Of a stretch of 64,000 nucleotides of DNA, positions 52,748-62,618 are shown one piece after another (the stretch's first letter is position 1; each line of letters opens with the position of its first letter). This DNA comes from Meiothermus sp. (GTDB lineage: Bacteria; Deinococcota; Deinococci; Deinococcales; Thermaceae): positions 64,001-128,000 of the forward strand of contig JANRLD010000115.1 in NCBI GenBank assembly GCA_033762915.1. The letters run 5' to 3'. The translations under genes were made by a program, and so were the position numbers. The notes beneath the pieces are model-generated. The model had not been told where the DNA came from and did not search any database. It saw only the letters and a list, made by a program, of their open reading frames with translations.

Positions 52748-53587
52748 TCAGTAATTCCTATCCGCGACGGCTGCCGCCGTGCGTGCGATGAACTCCGAGG
52801 CTTGGTTGCGGCGTAAGGCAACCAAAGTGTAAAGCAGATCGAGCACCAACAATTGTCCCATCTTGGCCGCCACCGAGCCGCCGGTCAGGGGGCTCTCGGC
52901 CACCGAGGTAACCAGCACCACGTCGGCATGCTTGGCGACCGGGCTCTTGGTGCGCTGGGTGATGGCGATGGTTCGGGCACCCGAGCGCTGGGCCACCTCC
53001 AGGGCCTTCACCGCGTCGATGGTGGTGCCCGAGCGGGTGATGGAAATGGCGATGGCGCTCCTGTCCAGGGTGGCGGCGGCCATCGCGGCCATGTGGGCGT
53101 CGGCGTGGGCCTGGGTGGCATAGCCCAGCCGCATGAACTTGTAGGCGAAATCCTGGGCGGTCACGCCTGAAGCCCCCACGCCATAGATGTCCAGGCGTTT
53201 GGCCTCGAGCAGCAACTCCACGGCCTTGCCCACCAGCTTCAAGTCAATCAGGCGGCGGGTGTCCTCAAGGGCCTGCCGGGCATGATGGGCGACATACTCG
53301 AGGGCTTCCTCGGGGGTTTGGGGGTTCTGCTGCGGCTCGAGGCCGACCGGGCTGGCGGCCAGGTCGGAGGCCAGGGCCAGCTTGAAGTCCTGGAAGCCGC
53401 TGAAGCCCAGGTCGCGGCAGAAGCGGATCACGCTGGCCTCGGAGGAGCCCGAGCCCTCGGCCACCTCGACCACGGTCTGGTAGAGCAACTGCTGGGGGTT
53501 TTCCTGCACGTAGTCGGCAATCTTGCGCAGCGCCGGGGTTAGGGCGCTGCCCGAGCCGCGCAGGCTGGCCATCGCGCCACTTCTCAC
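52748..53587 (-). CDS. RpiR/MurR family transcriptional regulator
   Basis: SEASVIRFCRDLGFSGFQDFKLAL HTH plus SIS domain (GVGAS, SRSG-like ITRSG). Confidence 0.92.
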   Translation of the reverse strand: MRSGAMASLRGSGSALTPALRKIADYVQENPQQLLYQTVVEVAEGSGSSEASVIRFCRDLGFSGFQDFKLALASDLAASPVGLEPQQNPQTPEEALEYVAHHARQALEDTRRLIDLKLVGKAVELLLEAKRLDIYGVGASGVTAQDFAYKFMRLGYATQAHADAHMAAMAAATLDRSAIAISITRSGTTIDAVKALEVAQRSGARTIAITQRTKSPVAKHADVVLVTSVAESPLTGGSVAAKMGQLLVLDLLYTLVALRRNQASEFIARTAAAVADRNY

Positions 53588-54285
53588 CGCGCCCCCTTTA
53601 GCGCATCGGCGAAGGTTCGGGTGACCAGCTCGATGCGGGTCAGGGCTGTCCCGACCGTGACCGCGTAAGCCCCCGCCTGCAGCGCGGCTGCGGCCTCCTG
53701 CGGCGTGCCAATCCGGCCCTCGGCAATAACCCGCACCCCCTGTTGGGCCAGACGGCGCACCATCTCTAAGTCAGGCCCGACCAACTTGGGCGAGTGGTCG
53801 GTATAGCCGGACATGGTAGAGCCGACAAAGTCCGCACCCAGACGGTGGGCCTCGAGGCCCTCCTGCACGGTCGAGCAATCGGCCATCACCAGGCAGCCTT
53901 GCGCGTGGATGGCCTCGATCATCCCCGCCACCGGGACGGGGCGCGGACGCTGGGTCGCGTCGAAGGCGATGATCTGCGCCCCCAGGCGGGCCAGGGCGGC
54001 AACATCGGAGAGTTCGGGGGTGATGTAGATCGGCGAGTCGGGGACCTCACGCTTGACCAGGCCAATGATGGGAACCTGGGTCAGCGGGCGGGTGGCCTCG
54101 AGGTCGGCCAAGCCCTCCAAGCGCAGTCCAACCGCCCCCCCGGCCAAGGTGGCCTGGGCCAGCGCCGCCACCAGGTGCGGCCTATCCAGCGGCCCGCCCC
54201 GCACCGGCTGGCACGAGGCGATAAGACCACCCTCGAGGGTCTGAAAAATCGTCTGGGGAGTGATCATAGGCAAAAGAGGAGGCAC
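53584..54285 (-). CDS. nanE: N-acetylmannosamine-6-phosphate 2-epimerase
   Basis: LIASCQP, PIIGLVKR, YITP, MADCST, STMSGYT, IAEGRI, VGTALTR. Confidence 0.92.
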   Translation of the reverse strand: MPPLLPMITPQTIFQTLEGGLIASCQPVRGGPLDRPHLVAALAQATLAGGAVGLRLEGLADLEATRPLTQVPIIGLVKREVPDSPIYITPELSDVAALARLGAQIIAFDATQRPRPVPVAGMIEAIHAQGCLVMADCSTVQEGLEAHRLGADFVGSTMSGYTDHSPKLVGPDLEMVRRLAQQGVRVIAEGRIGTPQEAAAALQAGAYAVTVGTALTRIELVTRTFADALKGAR

Positions 54286-54325
54286 TCGAGGGTCACCCCC
54301 CGGCCACAGCGTTTCGGAACCCGTA

Positions 54326-54608
54326 TGGAGTACTACTCTGCGAGATAGGCTACCGGGTGAAGTAGTATTTTGTCAATAGATTGTTCGCCTTAATACACAA
54401 TGCGGAAGGCGTAGGGAGAAAGCTGCGGGCGACCCAGCAAGCCAGCGCAAGTCCCCTTTTGCTCTTTCCACACGTTACTTCACCAAGATTTTCATGTTCG
54501 ACCACCGGCCAGGGTTTCCCCAAAAACCCGCTGCTTGATCTGCCTGGGGCGAGCGAGTTCCTTTGCGGGCATCCCCCTCTATGCCCTCAACACTGAAGTG
54601 AAATTTCA
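54326..54608. promoter_or_regulatory. nanE promoter (minus strand TTGACA-N18-TAGCCT) and candidate RpiR operators
   Basis: TGTCAA at 54371-54376; TGAAGTAGTATTTTG 54358, TGAAGTGAAATTTCA 54594, TGGAGTACTACTCTG 54326. Confidence 0.55.
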
Positions 54609-54777
54609 CTCCGATAAAGCAGGCGTTTGGTAAGGTCTGCCGCGCACCAGAGGGTTACCGGACTCGAGCGCAGACAGGGCGAACGACCAACGAGGTCACC
54701 GAAATCCTGCCACAAGCGCGAATCCAAAAGATCGGTGCGGTCTGCCGCAGCGCCGCTAAGACAGCACCCGCACGCCT

Positions 54778-54872
54778 CACGGCGGTTCCCGCGACACTCG
54801 GTGCGGCGGTGCTTGCCGGGCCGGGTACACTACGGCGCTGCGCGCTTCACCTTCATGGTGCGAAGCGCGATC
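54778..54872 (+). repeat. Degenerate three-stem repeat, subtype A
   Basis: GCGGTTCCCGCGACACTCGGTGCGGCGG...GTACACTAC...GTGCGAAGCGCGA. Confidence 0.55.
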
Positions 54873-55074
54873 AGATCAGCTTAGGTCCCCCTTTTCGGCG
54901 CGCTGGGTGAACCAATTTGGGGGAAATTACCTTTTCATGTAGGGTGAAGCGGTCAGCAGCAAGCGCCGAGTGTACAGCGCAGCCGGAGGAAAGAGGACAG
55001 AGAACAGGGGAAGAAACCGCAGGGCTTTCGTTGCCGCCTTCTCTTCCTTCTCCCCCACTGCTCCAGAGGTTCCT

Positions 55075-56640
55075 ATGCCTGCAAAACTTCCCCACACCCC
55101 ACCCGGTAACATAGACCCGATGATGGAGAGCGTATTGGTGGCCGCCAGCCTGATGATGGTGGACGTTCCGGGGCCAACGCTGGACGCGGCGACGCGCGCG
55201 CATTTGGCCCAGTACAAGTTCGGCGGGGTGTGCTTGTTTCGCAAAAACATCCAGAACCCCGAGCAGACCCGCAGGCTGGTGGCGGAGTTGCGGGAGGTGC
55301 TGGGCGAGGACGTCTTGATCGCCATAGACCAGGAGGGCGGGGCGGTGCTGCGGGTGCTCGAGCTGGCCCTGGCCCCGGCCCCAATGGCCATCGGGGCGGT
55401 GAACGACCCCAAGGTGGCCGAGGCGGTGGGTGCGGCCGTCGGGAGGGGCCTGATCTCCCTAGGCATCAACTGGAACTTCGCGCCCTCGCTGGACGTGAAC
55501 ACCGACCCGCGCAACCCGGTGATCGGCGACCGCTCGTTTGGTTCGAGCCCACAGAAAGTGGCCCGGCTGGGTCTGGCCTGGGTCAAGGGGCTCGAGAGCG
55601 CGGGGGTGATGGCCTCGGTCAAGCACTTCCCCGGCCACGGCGATACCCACCTCGACTCCCACCACGACCTGCCGACCGTCAACAAGACCCTCGAGCAGCT
55701 CGAGGCCACCGAACTCTATCCCTTCCGCAAGGCGGTGGAGGCCAACGTCAGCTCGATCATGACCTCGCACATCCGCTTTCCCGCGCTGGACAAGCGCTAT
55801 CCAGCCACGCTGTCCAAAAACATCCTGACCGATTTGCTGCGCAAGCGGCTGGGCTACCAGGGCATCATCGTCACCGACGCGCTGGACATGAAGGCCATCA
55901 GCGAGAACTACGGGCTGGGCCAGGCCGCCGTGCTGAGCGTGAAGGCTGGGGCGGACATGATCCTCTCGCTGGGCAAGCCGGAGGTGCACGCCGCCCAGGC
56001 CAGGGCGCTGGCGGGGGCGATTCAGGACGGGGAGATCGGGAAGGCTCGAGTGGCCGCCAGCCAAGCCCGCCTGCGCTCGGCGGCGCGCAAATTCCCCGCC
56101 GTGGCCAGGCCCTATCGCCCCGCCCAGCTCCGCGCCGACCGCCAGCTGATGCAGCAAGTGGCCCTGGCCAGCATCACCCCCTACCGCGACCCCGTGCGCC
56201 CGCGCCGCAGCGACAAGGTCTTGATCGTCTCGGCGGGCTCGACCTACTCCGGCGGCCCCTACGGCGAGACCCTGGCGGTGGGCGACTTCGCCAAGCTGCT
56301 CGAGGCCAAGTTCCCCAACGTCACCCAGTTCGTCTATGACCCCAAGAGCGCGGGCGAGTTCGCGGACAAGCTCGAGGCCGCCGCCGCCAAGGCTGACTAC
56401 CTGCTGGTGGTCTCGGTGGGCCGGGGCGGGCTGGGCGCGGAGGAGGCCGGCCTGCTGCGCCACGCCTTCAGGCTGGGCAAGCGGGCCACCCACGTGGCCC
56501 TCTGGAACCCCTACCACATCCTCACCCTGCGCCAGCCCGCTCTGGTCACCTACGGGTTTAGGCAGCCGACCCTGCATGCGCTGGTCGGCGTGCTGGGCGG
56601 TCAGGCGGCTCGAGGGAAGCTGCCGTTCAAGCTGCGCTAG
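55075..56640 (+). CDS. nagZ: Beta-N-acetylhexosaminidase (GH3)
   Basis: IDQEGG, KHFPGHGDTHLDSHH, TDALDM; start ATG 55075 or 55120. Confidence 0.9.
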   Translation: MPAKLPHTPPGNIDPMMESVLVAASLMMVDVPGPTLDAATRAHLAQYKFGGVCLFRKNIQNPEQTRRLVAELREVLGEDVLIAIDQEGGAVLRVLELALAPAPMAIGAVNDPKVAEAVGAAVGRGLISLGINWNFAPSLDVNTDPRNPVIGDRSFGSSPQKVARLGLAWVKGLESAGVMASVKHFPGHGDTHLDSHHDLPTVNKTLEQLEATELYPFRKAVEANVSSIMTSHIRFPALDKRYPATLSKNILTDLLRKRLGYQGIIVTDALDMKAISENYGLGQAAVLSVKAGADMILSLGKPEVHAAQARALAGAIQDGEIGKARVAASQARLRSAARKFPAVARPYRPAQLRADRQLMQQVALASITPYRDPVRPRRSDKVLIVSAGSTYSGGPYGETLAVGDFAKLLEAKFPNVTQFVYDPKSAGEFADKLEAAAAKADYLLVVSVGRGGLGAEEAGLLRHAFRLGKRATHVALWNPYHILTLRQPALVTYGFRQPTLHALVGVLGGQAARGKLPFKLR

Positions 56641-56696
56641 TCGGTCAAGGTCGAGGGAGACCTTAGCTGGTCCGGGCGTCCTGCGCCCTGATCTCC

Positions 56697-57482
56697 TCAA
56701 CCCTCGAGCGTGTACACGAAGCCCGGCCCGCCGTTCCACAGGCAGTGGTCCACGTTGATGCAGAGGCCATCATTGTACTCCAGGGCCATCGTGACCAGCT
56801 GCGGGGGGTAGCCGATCAGGCCGTAGATGGGGGTGTGGCCGTGGATCAGCCTCGAGCCGCCCAGCACGTAGAGGGCCTCCTGGGTGGGGTCCTCGCCGCC
56901 GTTTAGGAAGGACATACGGGTCGAGAGGCGCTCGGAGAGCTTGTCCCAGGCCCGCAGGTCGTCGGAGCGAAGGATGCCCTCCACGGTGGCGTTGACCTCC
57001 TCGAGGCTCTCGCCGATGTCCAGGTAGGCCAGGGTGTCGGCGTGCATCAGCAGGTTGTCGCCTTCCAGCGCCAGGGCGGGACGGCGGCGCAGCCACTCAA
57101 CGTGGCGCTCGGTCAGGCGGGGGAGGTCGCCCTCGGTGCCCCCGACCTGCCGCCAGAGATACTCGAAGGTGACGCTCTTGCCCATGCGCTTAAAGCTGGG
57201 CACCAGCTGGGGGCCGAACAGCTTGGCTGCCAGCAGGAACACGTCGTGGTTACCCAAGAGCGCACCCAACTTACCGCCCGCCTGCGCGGCCTCGGCCTCG
57301 AGGCGCATCACCAGGTCCAACACCCCCACCCCGTCCGGCCCCCGGTCGGTGAAGTCGCCCAGGAACCACAGCGTACTGTCACCCGCGCTCCAGGCCCCGC
57401 CCTCGTCGATCAGACCCTCCCGCTTGAGCAGCGCGGTCAGGGGCTCGAGGCAGCCGTGGGTGTCTCCAATCACGTAAAGCAT
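56697..57482 (-). CDS. Calcineurin-like metallophosphoesterase
   Basis: GDTHG, GDFTDRG, GNHD, HGHTP. Confidence 0.9.
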   Translation of the reverse strand: MLYVIGDTHGCLEPLTALLKREGLIDEGGAWSAGDSTLWFLGDFTDRGPDGVGVLDLVMRLEAEAAQAGGKLGALLGNHDVFLLAAKLFGPQLVPSFKRMGKSVTFEYLWRQVGGTEGDLPRLTERHVEWLRRRPALALEGDNLLMHADTLAYLDIGESLEEVNATVEGILRSDDLRAWDKLSERLSTRMSFLNGGEDPTQEALYVLGGSRLIHGHTPIYGLIGYPPQLVTMALEYNDGLCINVDHCLWNGGPGFVYTLEG

Positions 57483-57564
57483 AAGTCTAGGGGATTATAA
57501 GGGCATGCCGTGGTAAGGGCGGGTAAAAGCGGCGGGAGGGCAAGATCAACCCCCACCCCCAAGA

Positions 57565-57736
57565 CTGAGAGCGGTTCCCACGCATACTCCCTACGGCGCT
57601 AAAGCGGGCGGTTTTTGCTGTAGAGCGGTTGCCACGAACTCTCGGTACGGCGGTTTTTGCCGTACTGAGCGCACTACTCCGCTTTAGCGCACGCTTTAGC
57701 GCTGCACCGTGAGCGGAGTATGGGTGGGAAACGCGA
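57565..57736 (+). repeat. Composite repeat: partial subtype B followed by full subtype A
   Basis: CTGAGAGCGGTTCCCACGCATACTCCCTAC..., then AGAGCGGTTGCCACGAAC...CTACTCCGCTTTAGCGCAC...GTGGGAAACGCG. Confidence 0.8.
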
Positions 57737-57805
57737 TGAGCGGCCCTTGCTGCTGTAGGTCGCCCCCGGCTGCCCATCGCCATCTTTTGCCTTATCATCC
57801 CCACT

Positions 57806-58375
57806 GTGAAGCCTTCGCTCGCTCAGATATTCAGGGCGTTTCTGGGGATCGGTCTGGTGGCCTTCGGCGGCGGGGGGACGGCCCAGGTCTATCATGCCAT
57901 CGTGCTGCGGCAGGGCTGGCTGGATGAGCGGGAGTTTCTCGAGACCGCCGCCCTCTGCCGCATCCTGCCCGGCCCGGTCTTCGCCAACCTGGCCGCCCAC
58001 ATCGGCGCGCGGCTGGGGGGCTGGGGGGGCGGCGCGGCGGCACTGCTGGGCGTGCTCTCCCCGGGGGCCTTGCTGATCCTGGCCCTGACCTGGGCCTACT
58101 TCCGCTTCGGGGCCATGCCCGGCTCCGCCGCCAACCAGGTGCTAACCGGGGTCACCGCCGCTGCCATCGGGCTGATCCTGGCCTCCATGCTGCGGATGGC
58201 TCCCGCCGCCCTGGACTCGCTGAAGGCCGCCGCCCTGGCCCTGGTGGTCTTCGTCACCTACGGCCTGCTGCACTGGCCGCTGCTGCTGGTTCTGCTGGCG
58301 ACGGTACCGGCGGGGGTGGCGCTGTATTGGCGGGAGGCGGGAGGCGAGAAGCAGGAGGCCGAAGGCGATCCATGA
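57806..58375 (+). CDS. chrA: Short-chain chromate transporter, N-half
   Basis: AFGGG, ILPGP motifs. Confidence 0.85.
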   Translation: MKPSLAQIFRAFLGIGLVAFGGGGTAQVYHAIVLRQGWLDEREFLETAALCRILPGPVFANLAAHIGARLGGWGGGAAALLGVLSPGALLILALTWAYFRFGAMPGSAANQVLTGVTAAAIGLILASMLRMAPAALDSLKAAALALVVFVTYGLLHWPLLLVLLATVPAGVALYWREAGGEKQEAEGDP

Positions 58376-58890
58376 CCGAACTTTTCGACGTCTTCCTGAC
58401 CTTTCTCCGCATCGGCGTGCTCAGCTTCGGGGGCGGGATGGCCAACCTGCCGGAGATGAGCCGGATTCTGATCGAAAACGGCTGGGTGAGCCGGCAGGAG
58501 TTCGCCGACGGCTTTGCACTGGGGCAGTTCGTACCGGGGCCGAACATGCTGGCGGTGCTGTTCTACGGCTTCGCCGCGACGGGCTTCGGGGGAGCGCTGG
58601 CGGCAGCGCTGGGGATGTTCCTGCCGGGAGCGCTGGGGGCGATCCTGCTGGTGCGGGGCTGGGAGATCATGGCCAGGGCTCGGTGGAGCCGGGCGCTGCG
58701 CAAGGCGCTGGTGCCGGTGGGGTTCGGGCTGTCGGGGAGCATGGTGGTGGTGCTGGTGCAGCTCAGCCTCGAGGCCTGGCTGTGGTTCGCCGTAGCCGCT
58801 GTGGCTACCGGGCTAATCTACCGTGGGGCCAGCGTCATCGCCGTAATCGCGGGCGGGGCGATGGTCGGTCTATTGGTAAGTTTGGCTTAG
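58372..58890 (+). CDS. chrA: Short-chain chromate transporter, C-half
   Basis: SFGGG, GQFVPGPN; ATGA overlap with the previous gene. Confidence 0.85.
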   Translation: MTELFDVFLTFLRIGVLSFGGGMANLPEMSRILIENGWVSRQEFADGFALGQFVPGPNMLAVLFYGFAATGFGGALAAALGMFLPGALGAILLVRGWEIMARARWSRALRKALVPVGFGLSGSMVVVLVQLSLEAWLWFAVAAVATGLIYRGASVIAVIAGGAMVGLLVSLA

Positions 58891-58915
58891 GTCGGTCGAA
58901 AAGTTGAAAAGGTAA

Positions 58916-59033
58916 ATCGCGTTTCCCACCCATGCTCCACTCACAGTGCGGCGCCAAAGCAGGCGCTAAAGCGGAGCAGTGCGCTCAGTACAGCAAAAAC
59001 TGCCATACCGAGTGTTCGTGGGAACCGCTCTTA
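58916..59033 (-). repeat. Three-stem intergenic repeat, subtype A
   Basis: Reverse complement of the 33989 and 57.6-kb elements, between convergent genes. Confidence 0.8.
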
Positions 59034-59039
59034 TCCTCA

Positions 59040-59843
59040 TTACTTCGACCACTCGAGGCCTATGGTCCGCTCGGTCGGCTCGAAGCCGACGGACTGGTAC
59101 AAGTCTTTGGCAAAGTAGTTCTGGTCGGCCAGGATCACCAAATCCTTCGCGCCTAACTCCTCGAAGCCATAGCGGGCGACGTGGTACAAGAGGGTGCCCG
59201 CCATCCCTTGACGGCGAAAGTCCGGGTGGGTGTCGACCGACTGAAAACGTCCCAGCCCGTCCCGCACGAACAGCCCCATCGAGGCCGCCAGTCTGCCGTC
59301 CACAAACGCCCCGAACCAGTCGCCCCAGCCTGCCGCGATCATCCGGCCGTACTCAGCGATGCGCCTCTCAAGAAACGTCGCGTAGCCCTCGCCCTCGCGC
59401 TCGTCTTCGGGCAGGACGGAGTTCTGGTACATGGCCAGCTCGAGCCACTGTGCCCAGTCCTCGTCCGAGTTGAAGGGGCGACAGACGCAGGCAGTGTTGA
59501 GGGTGCGGGGTGGTTTCACCACTTTAGCAGTCTGCACCACGGTCTCGTCCAGCCAGAAGCCCGCGTCCACGAACTCCTGGGCCGCGCCTCGCTCGCCAGT
59601 TTGGGTGTCCCAGCCAAAGACCAGGTGGTTCAGCTCGCCCAACTCCTGCTTGAAGAGGGCTTTCCAGCGTTCCAGGTCGCCGGGCTCGGGCGGCCTGTAG
59701 AAGCTCAGGTAGTTGCCCCAGCGATAGCCGGGGTTCTGCGGTGTGCGGATCACGGCGTACTCGGGCTTGTACTCCACCGAGCCCTCGAAGCTGCGGAGCA
59801 TCAGCTCGGTGCGGATGCCCAGGGATTTGATCGGGCTGCTCAC
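59040..59843 (-). CDS. GNAT family N-acetyltransferase
   Basis: THPDFRRQGMAG motif A, LYQSVGF. Confidence 0.85.
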   Translation of the reverse strand: MSSPIKSLGIRTELMLRSFEGSVEYKPEYAVIRTPQNPGYRWGNYLSFYRPPEPGDLERWKALFKQELGELNHLVFGWDTQTGERGAAQEFVDAGFWLDETVVQTAKVVKPPRTLNTACVCRPFNSDEDWAQWLELAMYQNSVLPEDEREGEGYATFLERRIAEYGRMIAAGWGDWFGAFVDGRLAASMGLFVRDGLGRFQSVDTHPDFRRQGMAGTLLYHVARYGFEELGAKDLVILADQNYFAKDLYQSVGFEPTERTIGLEWSK

Positions 59844-60796
59844 GGGATGTCCTTGGCGAGGTCTATTAGGGCGGGCTGCTTGACGAAGCCCAGACGCTCG
59901 TTGATCGAGAGTATGGCCGTGTTGTTCGACTCGTTCACGGTGCGAATCCGCTCGATGCCGTGAGCCCTAGCATACTCGAGGCCCTGCAGCTTGAGCGCCA
60001 GCGCCAGCCCCTTGCGGCGGTGTGCCCGCCTGACCCCAGTGACGCCGTTGGACAGCTCGGGCAGTGGCTGCTTCGACCACAGCTCGCTCATGCCCGCGAA
60101 CTCGCCGTCCGGCGCGAGGGCGAAAAACACCGCCCCCGGCAGATAGTCTTTGCTCGCGAAAACCTGCTCGGTGTAGCGCTCGAAGCTGGGCCAGGTCTCC
60201 TCCTCGGACAGCGGCACATCGCGAATGAGTTCGCCCTCGAGCCGCCACATCTCCCGCCGTGCCGCCTCGGTGTCGCCCAGCTCGGCCATGCTGACGATGC
60301 GGTAGCCTTGGGCCTGGAGTTTTTGTTGGCAGCTGGCATAGGGCGCGAAGACGAAGTGTTGCACCTCGAGCACGCACTCCCAGCTCCGCAGCGTCTCGAC
60401 AAAACCGCGCTTCCGGGCAAAATGAGTTGCGGCGGGCCTGTCCTCGCGGACGGTGGAGATTAGGCGGTTGGGCTTGTGTGGCGCGGCCTTCTCGAGCAAC
60501 AGGTCGTAGAGCCTTCCGCCGATCCCCCGGTTCTGAAAATCGGGATGTACTTGGAGGTACACCACAAACTTCTGCGGGTGGTACATCCACTCGCTGTGGT
60601 TGATGGTCCCGTAAGCGACGACGCGCCCGTCCAGCTCGACCACGTGCTGCTCGAACACCAAATCGGCTCTGCGCTTGGCCTCGGCCTCGAGTTGGCGCTC
60701 GAGCGTCGTGGGCGAGTCGGGCCAATTGAGGTTATTGATCTCGAGGGTAGGAGGATGGTCGGCGGGGGTGAAGGGCCGGAAGTGGAGGGGCATCAC
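59840..60796 (-). CDS. Tandem-domain GNAT acetyltransferase
   Basis: VHPDFQNRGIG and TGVRRAHRRKGLALALK, INERLGF. Confidence 0.88.
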   Translation of the reverse strand: MMPLHFRPFTPADHPPTLEINNLNWPDSPTTLERQLEAEAKRRADLVFEQHVVELDGRVVAYGTINHSEWMYHPQKFVVYLQVHPDFQNRGIGGRLYDLLLEKAAPHKPNRLISTVREDRPAATHFARKRGFVETLRSWECVLEVQHFVFAPYASCQQKLQAQGYRIVSMAELGDTEAARREMWRLEGELIRDVPLSEEETWPSFERYTEQVFASKDYLPGAVFFALAPDGEFAGMSELWSKQPLPELSNGVTGVRRAHRRKGLALALKLQGLEYARAHGIERIRTVNESNNTAILSINERLGFVKQPALIDLAKDIP

Positions 60797-61755
60797 TCCC
60801 CCCTCAGCAGCTTGCGCAACGAGATCTGGGCCGGGCCGCGCGCGAAGCCCAGCTTTTCGTTGATGGCCAGCATGGGGGCATTAAGCGAGTCGTTGTCGGT
60901 GCGGATGGTCTCGAAGCCGCCCGCCTGGGCGTACTGCACCGTGCGGAGCTTGAGGGCCAGGGCGATCTTGCGCCCACGGTAGGCGCGGCGGGTGCCGGTG
61001 AACCAGTGGTCGAGGCCTTTGGTATCGGTGATGCTGTAGAGGCAGCTCATCCCCACCCAGCGCTCCCCGTCCAGCGCGATGAAGAATGCCCCCGGATCGA
61101 ACTCGGGGCCTTCGGCCAACACATTGGCCCGGAAGAACTCGAGGCTGATCGGTGTGGCGGGCTCGGAGCGCGGGGTATCTACACGGATGTCGGAGAAGAG
61201 TTCGTGCAGCTTTTCGTCGGCCTTGGGATCGGCGGCGCTCAGCTCGGCAAAGGTATGGATGCGGATGGGCGAGATGTCGAGGCCCGCGAAGGGCTCGAGG
61301 TTGATCTTGGCGACCTCGAGGACGCTCACCCAGTCGCGCTTGGTCTCCTCGTAGCCCCGATCTTGAAAGAACCGCACCGCCCTGGTCTGGTTCTCGCGCA
61401 CCGGAACCCGCAGCGAGAGCGGGTTTAGGGGTCGAAGCTCGTCGAGCAGCTTTTGATACAGCGCCTTGCCGATGCCCTGCCCGTGCCGGTCGGGGTGTAC
61501 GAACAGCTCAAACCCGAACTTTTGCGGGTGGTAGGCGCCAGGGTTGGTACCGAAGTCCAAAAAGCCGAGGGGTCGGCCTTCGGCCTCGGCCACAAAGCGG
61601 GTGCGGCGGAAGCGGGGCTCGAGGGTGGCCTCGAGTTTGTAGTTTTCCATCGTGCGCGGCCAGTCGGGGTTGAGCAAATTCCACAACTCGACCATCACGG
61701 CGTAGTCGGCGTCGGCAAACGGGCGGATCAGATGGTCTTGCTGAAGTCCAGCCAT
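60793..61755 (-). CDS. Tandem-domain GNAT acetyltransferase
   Basis: VHPDRHGQGIG and TGTRRAYRGRKIALALK, INEKLGF. Confidence 0.88.
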   Translation of the reverse strand: MAGLQQDHLIRPFADADYAVMVELWNLLNPDWPRTMENYKLEATLEPRFRRTRFVAEAEGRPLGFLDFGTNPGAYHPQKFGFELFVHPDRHGQGIGKALYQKLLDELRPLNPLSLRVPVRENQTRAVRFFQDRGYEETKRDWVSVLEVAKINLEPFAGLDISPIRIHTFAELSAADPKADEKLHELFSDIRVDTPRSEPATPISLEFFRANVLAEGPEFDPGAFFIALDGERWVGMSCLYSITDTKGLDHWFTGTRRAYRGRKIALALKLRTVQYAQAGGFETIRTDNDSLNAPMLAINEKLGFARGPAQISLRKLLRGE

Positions 61756-62618
61756 TGGTTGATCTCCTTGAATCCGGCGGATTGATAGAACTCGAGGGTG
61801 TCCGGCTCGCAGGCGACATACGCTGTCTTGGCGCCCAACGCTTTTAGACGGCGGAAGCCCTCGGTTAGCACTGCTCGGCCCAGACCCCGGCGCTCGAAGC
61901 CTGGGCGGGTGCCCACCGGCTCGAACTCCCCGTTCTGGTTAACGGGGTCGTACCAGACGATGCAGTACGAGGCGAAGCGACCCTCGGGAGTCACGGTCAC
62001 CAGGTCGAGATCGGGGCGGTACAGAGGAGCCGAGGAGCGGATGTTGAGGTAGCTTTCCAGAGTGAACCTAGAGGGGTGCCAGACCTCGAGGTGGATGCCC
62101 ACCCGTTCGTCAATTTCGTGCGGCTCGGGGTGGCGCACCACGAAACCTTCAGGTAGCCTGGGCGGGAGGATTTCGTCGTCCAGGGGGCGCTCGAGGAAAT
62201 ACATCATGAAGTCGTCTTGGGCGTACCCCAGGGATTGCACGACCCCGATGGTCTCGAGGTTGCTGCGGGCGACGCTGGTAATCAACCTGGCCTGGGGGTC
62301 GAGGTTTTGGGCATGGGCCTCGGCATGGGCAACCATCTGTCGGAGCAATTCAGAGCGCAGCTCGAGGGGCAACCAGGGGGCCACGTAGGGGTCGAACTTC
62401 GCCCGCTTCTGCAACACGAAGCCCGCCACCACGCCGTCTTGCTCCCAGATATGCATCTCCTTCTCGGGCTTGTAGTGGATGTGCTGGAGGACGCCCCAAA
62501 CCACATCGCCGGGGCACATGAACTCGCTGGGCGTGACCGCGTGTTGCCAACATTTGCCCGCGAAGGTGGTCAGCGCCTCGAGGTCGCCCGGGAGGTAAGG
62601 TCTCGAGGTGAGCATCAT
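61728..62618 (-). CDS. GNAT family N-acetyltransferase
   Basis: EPVGTRPGFERRGLG, FYQSAGF. Confidence 0.85.
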   Translation of the reverse strand: MMLTSRPYLPGDLEALTTFAGKCWQHAVTPSEFMCPGDVVWGVLQHIHYKPEKEMHIWEQDGVVAGFVLQKRAKFDPYVAPWLPLELRSELLRQMVAHAEAHAQNLDPQARLITSVARSNLETIGVVQSLGYAQDDFMMYFLERPLDDEILPPRLPEGFVVRHPEPHEIDERVGIHLEVWHPSRFTLESYLNIRSSAPLYRPDLDLVTVTPEGRFASYCIVWYDPVNQNGEFEPVGTRPGFERRGLGRAVLTEGFRRLKALGAKTAYVACEPDTLEFYQSAGFKEINQWLDFSKTI

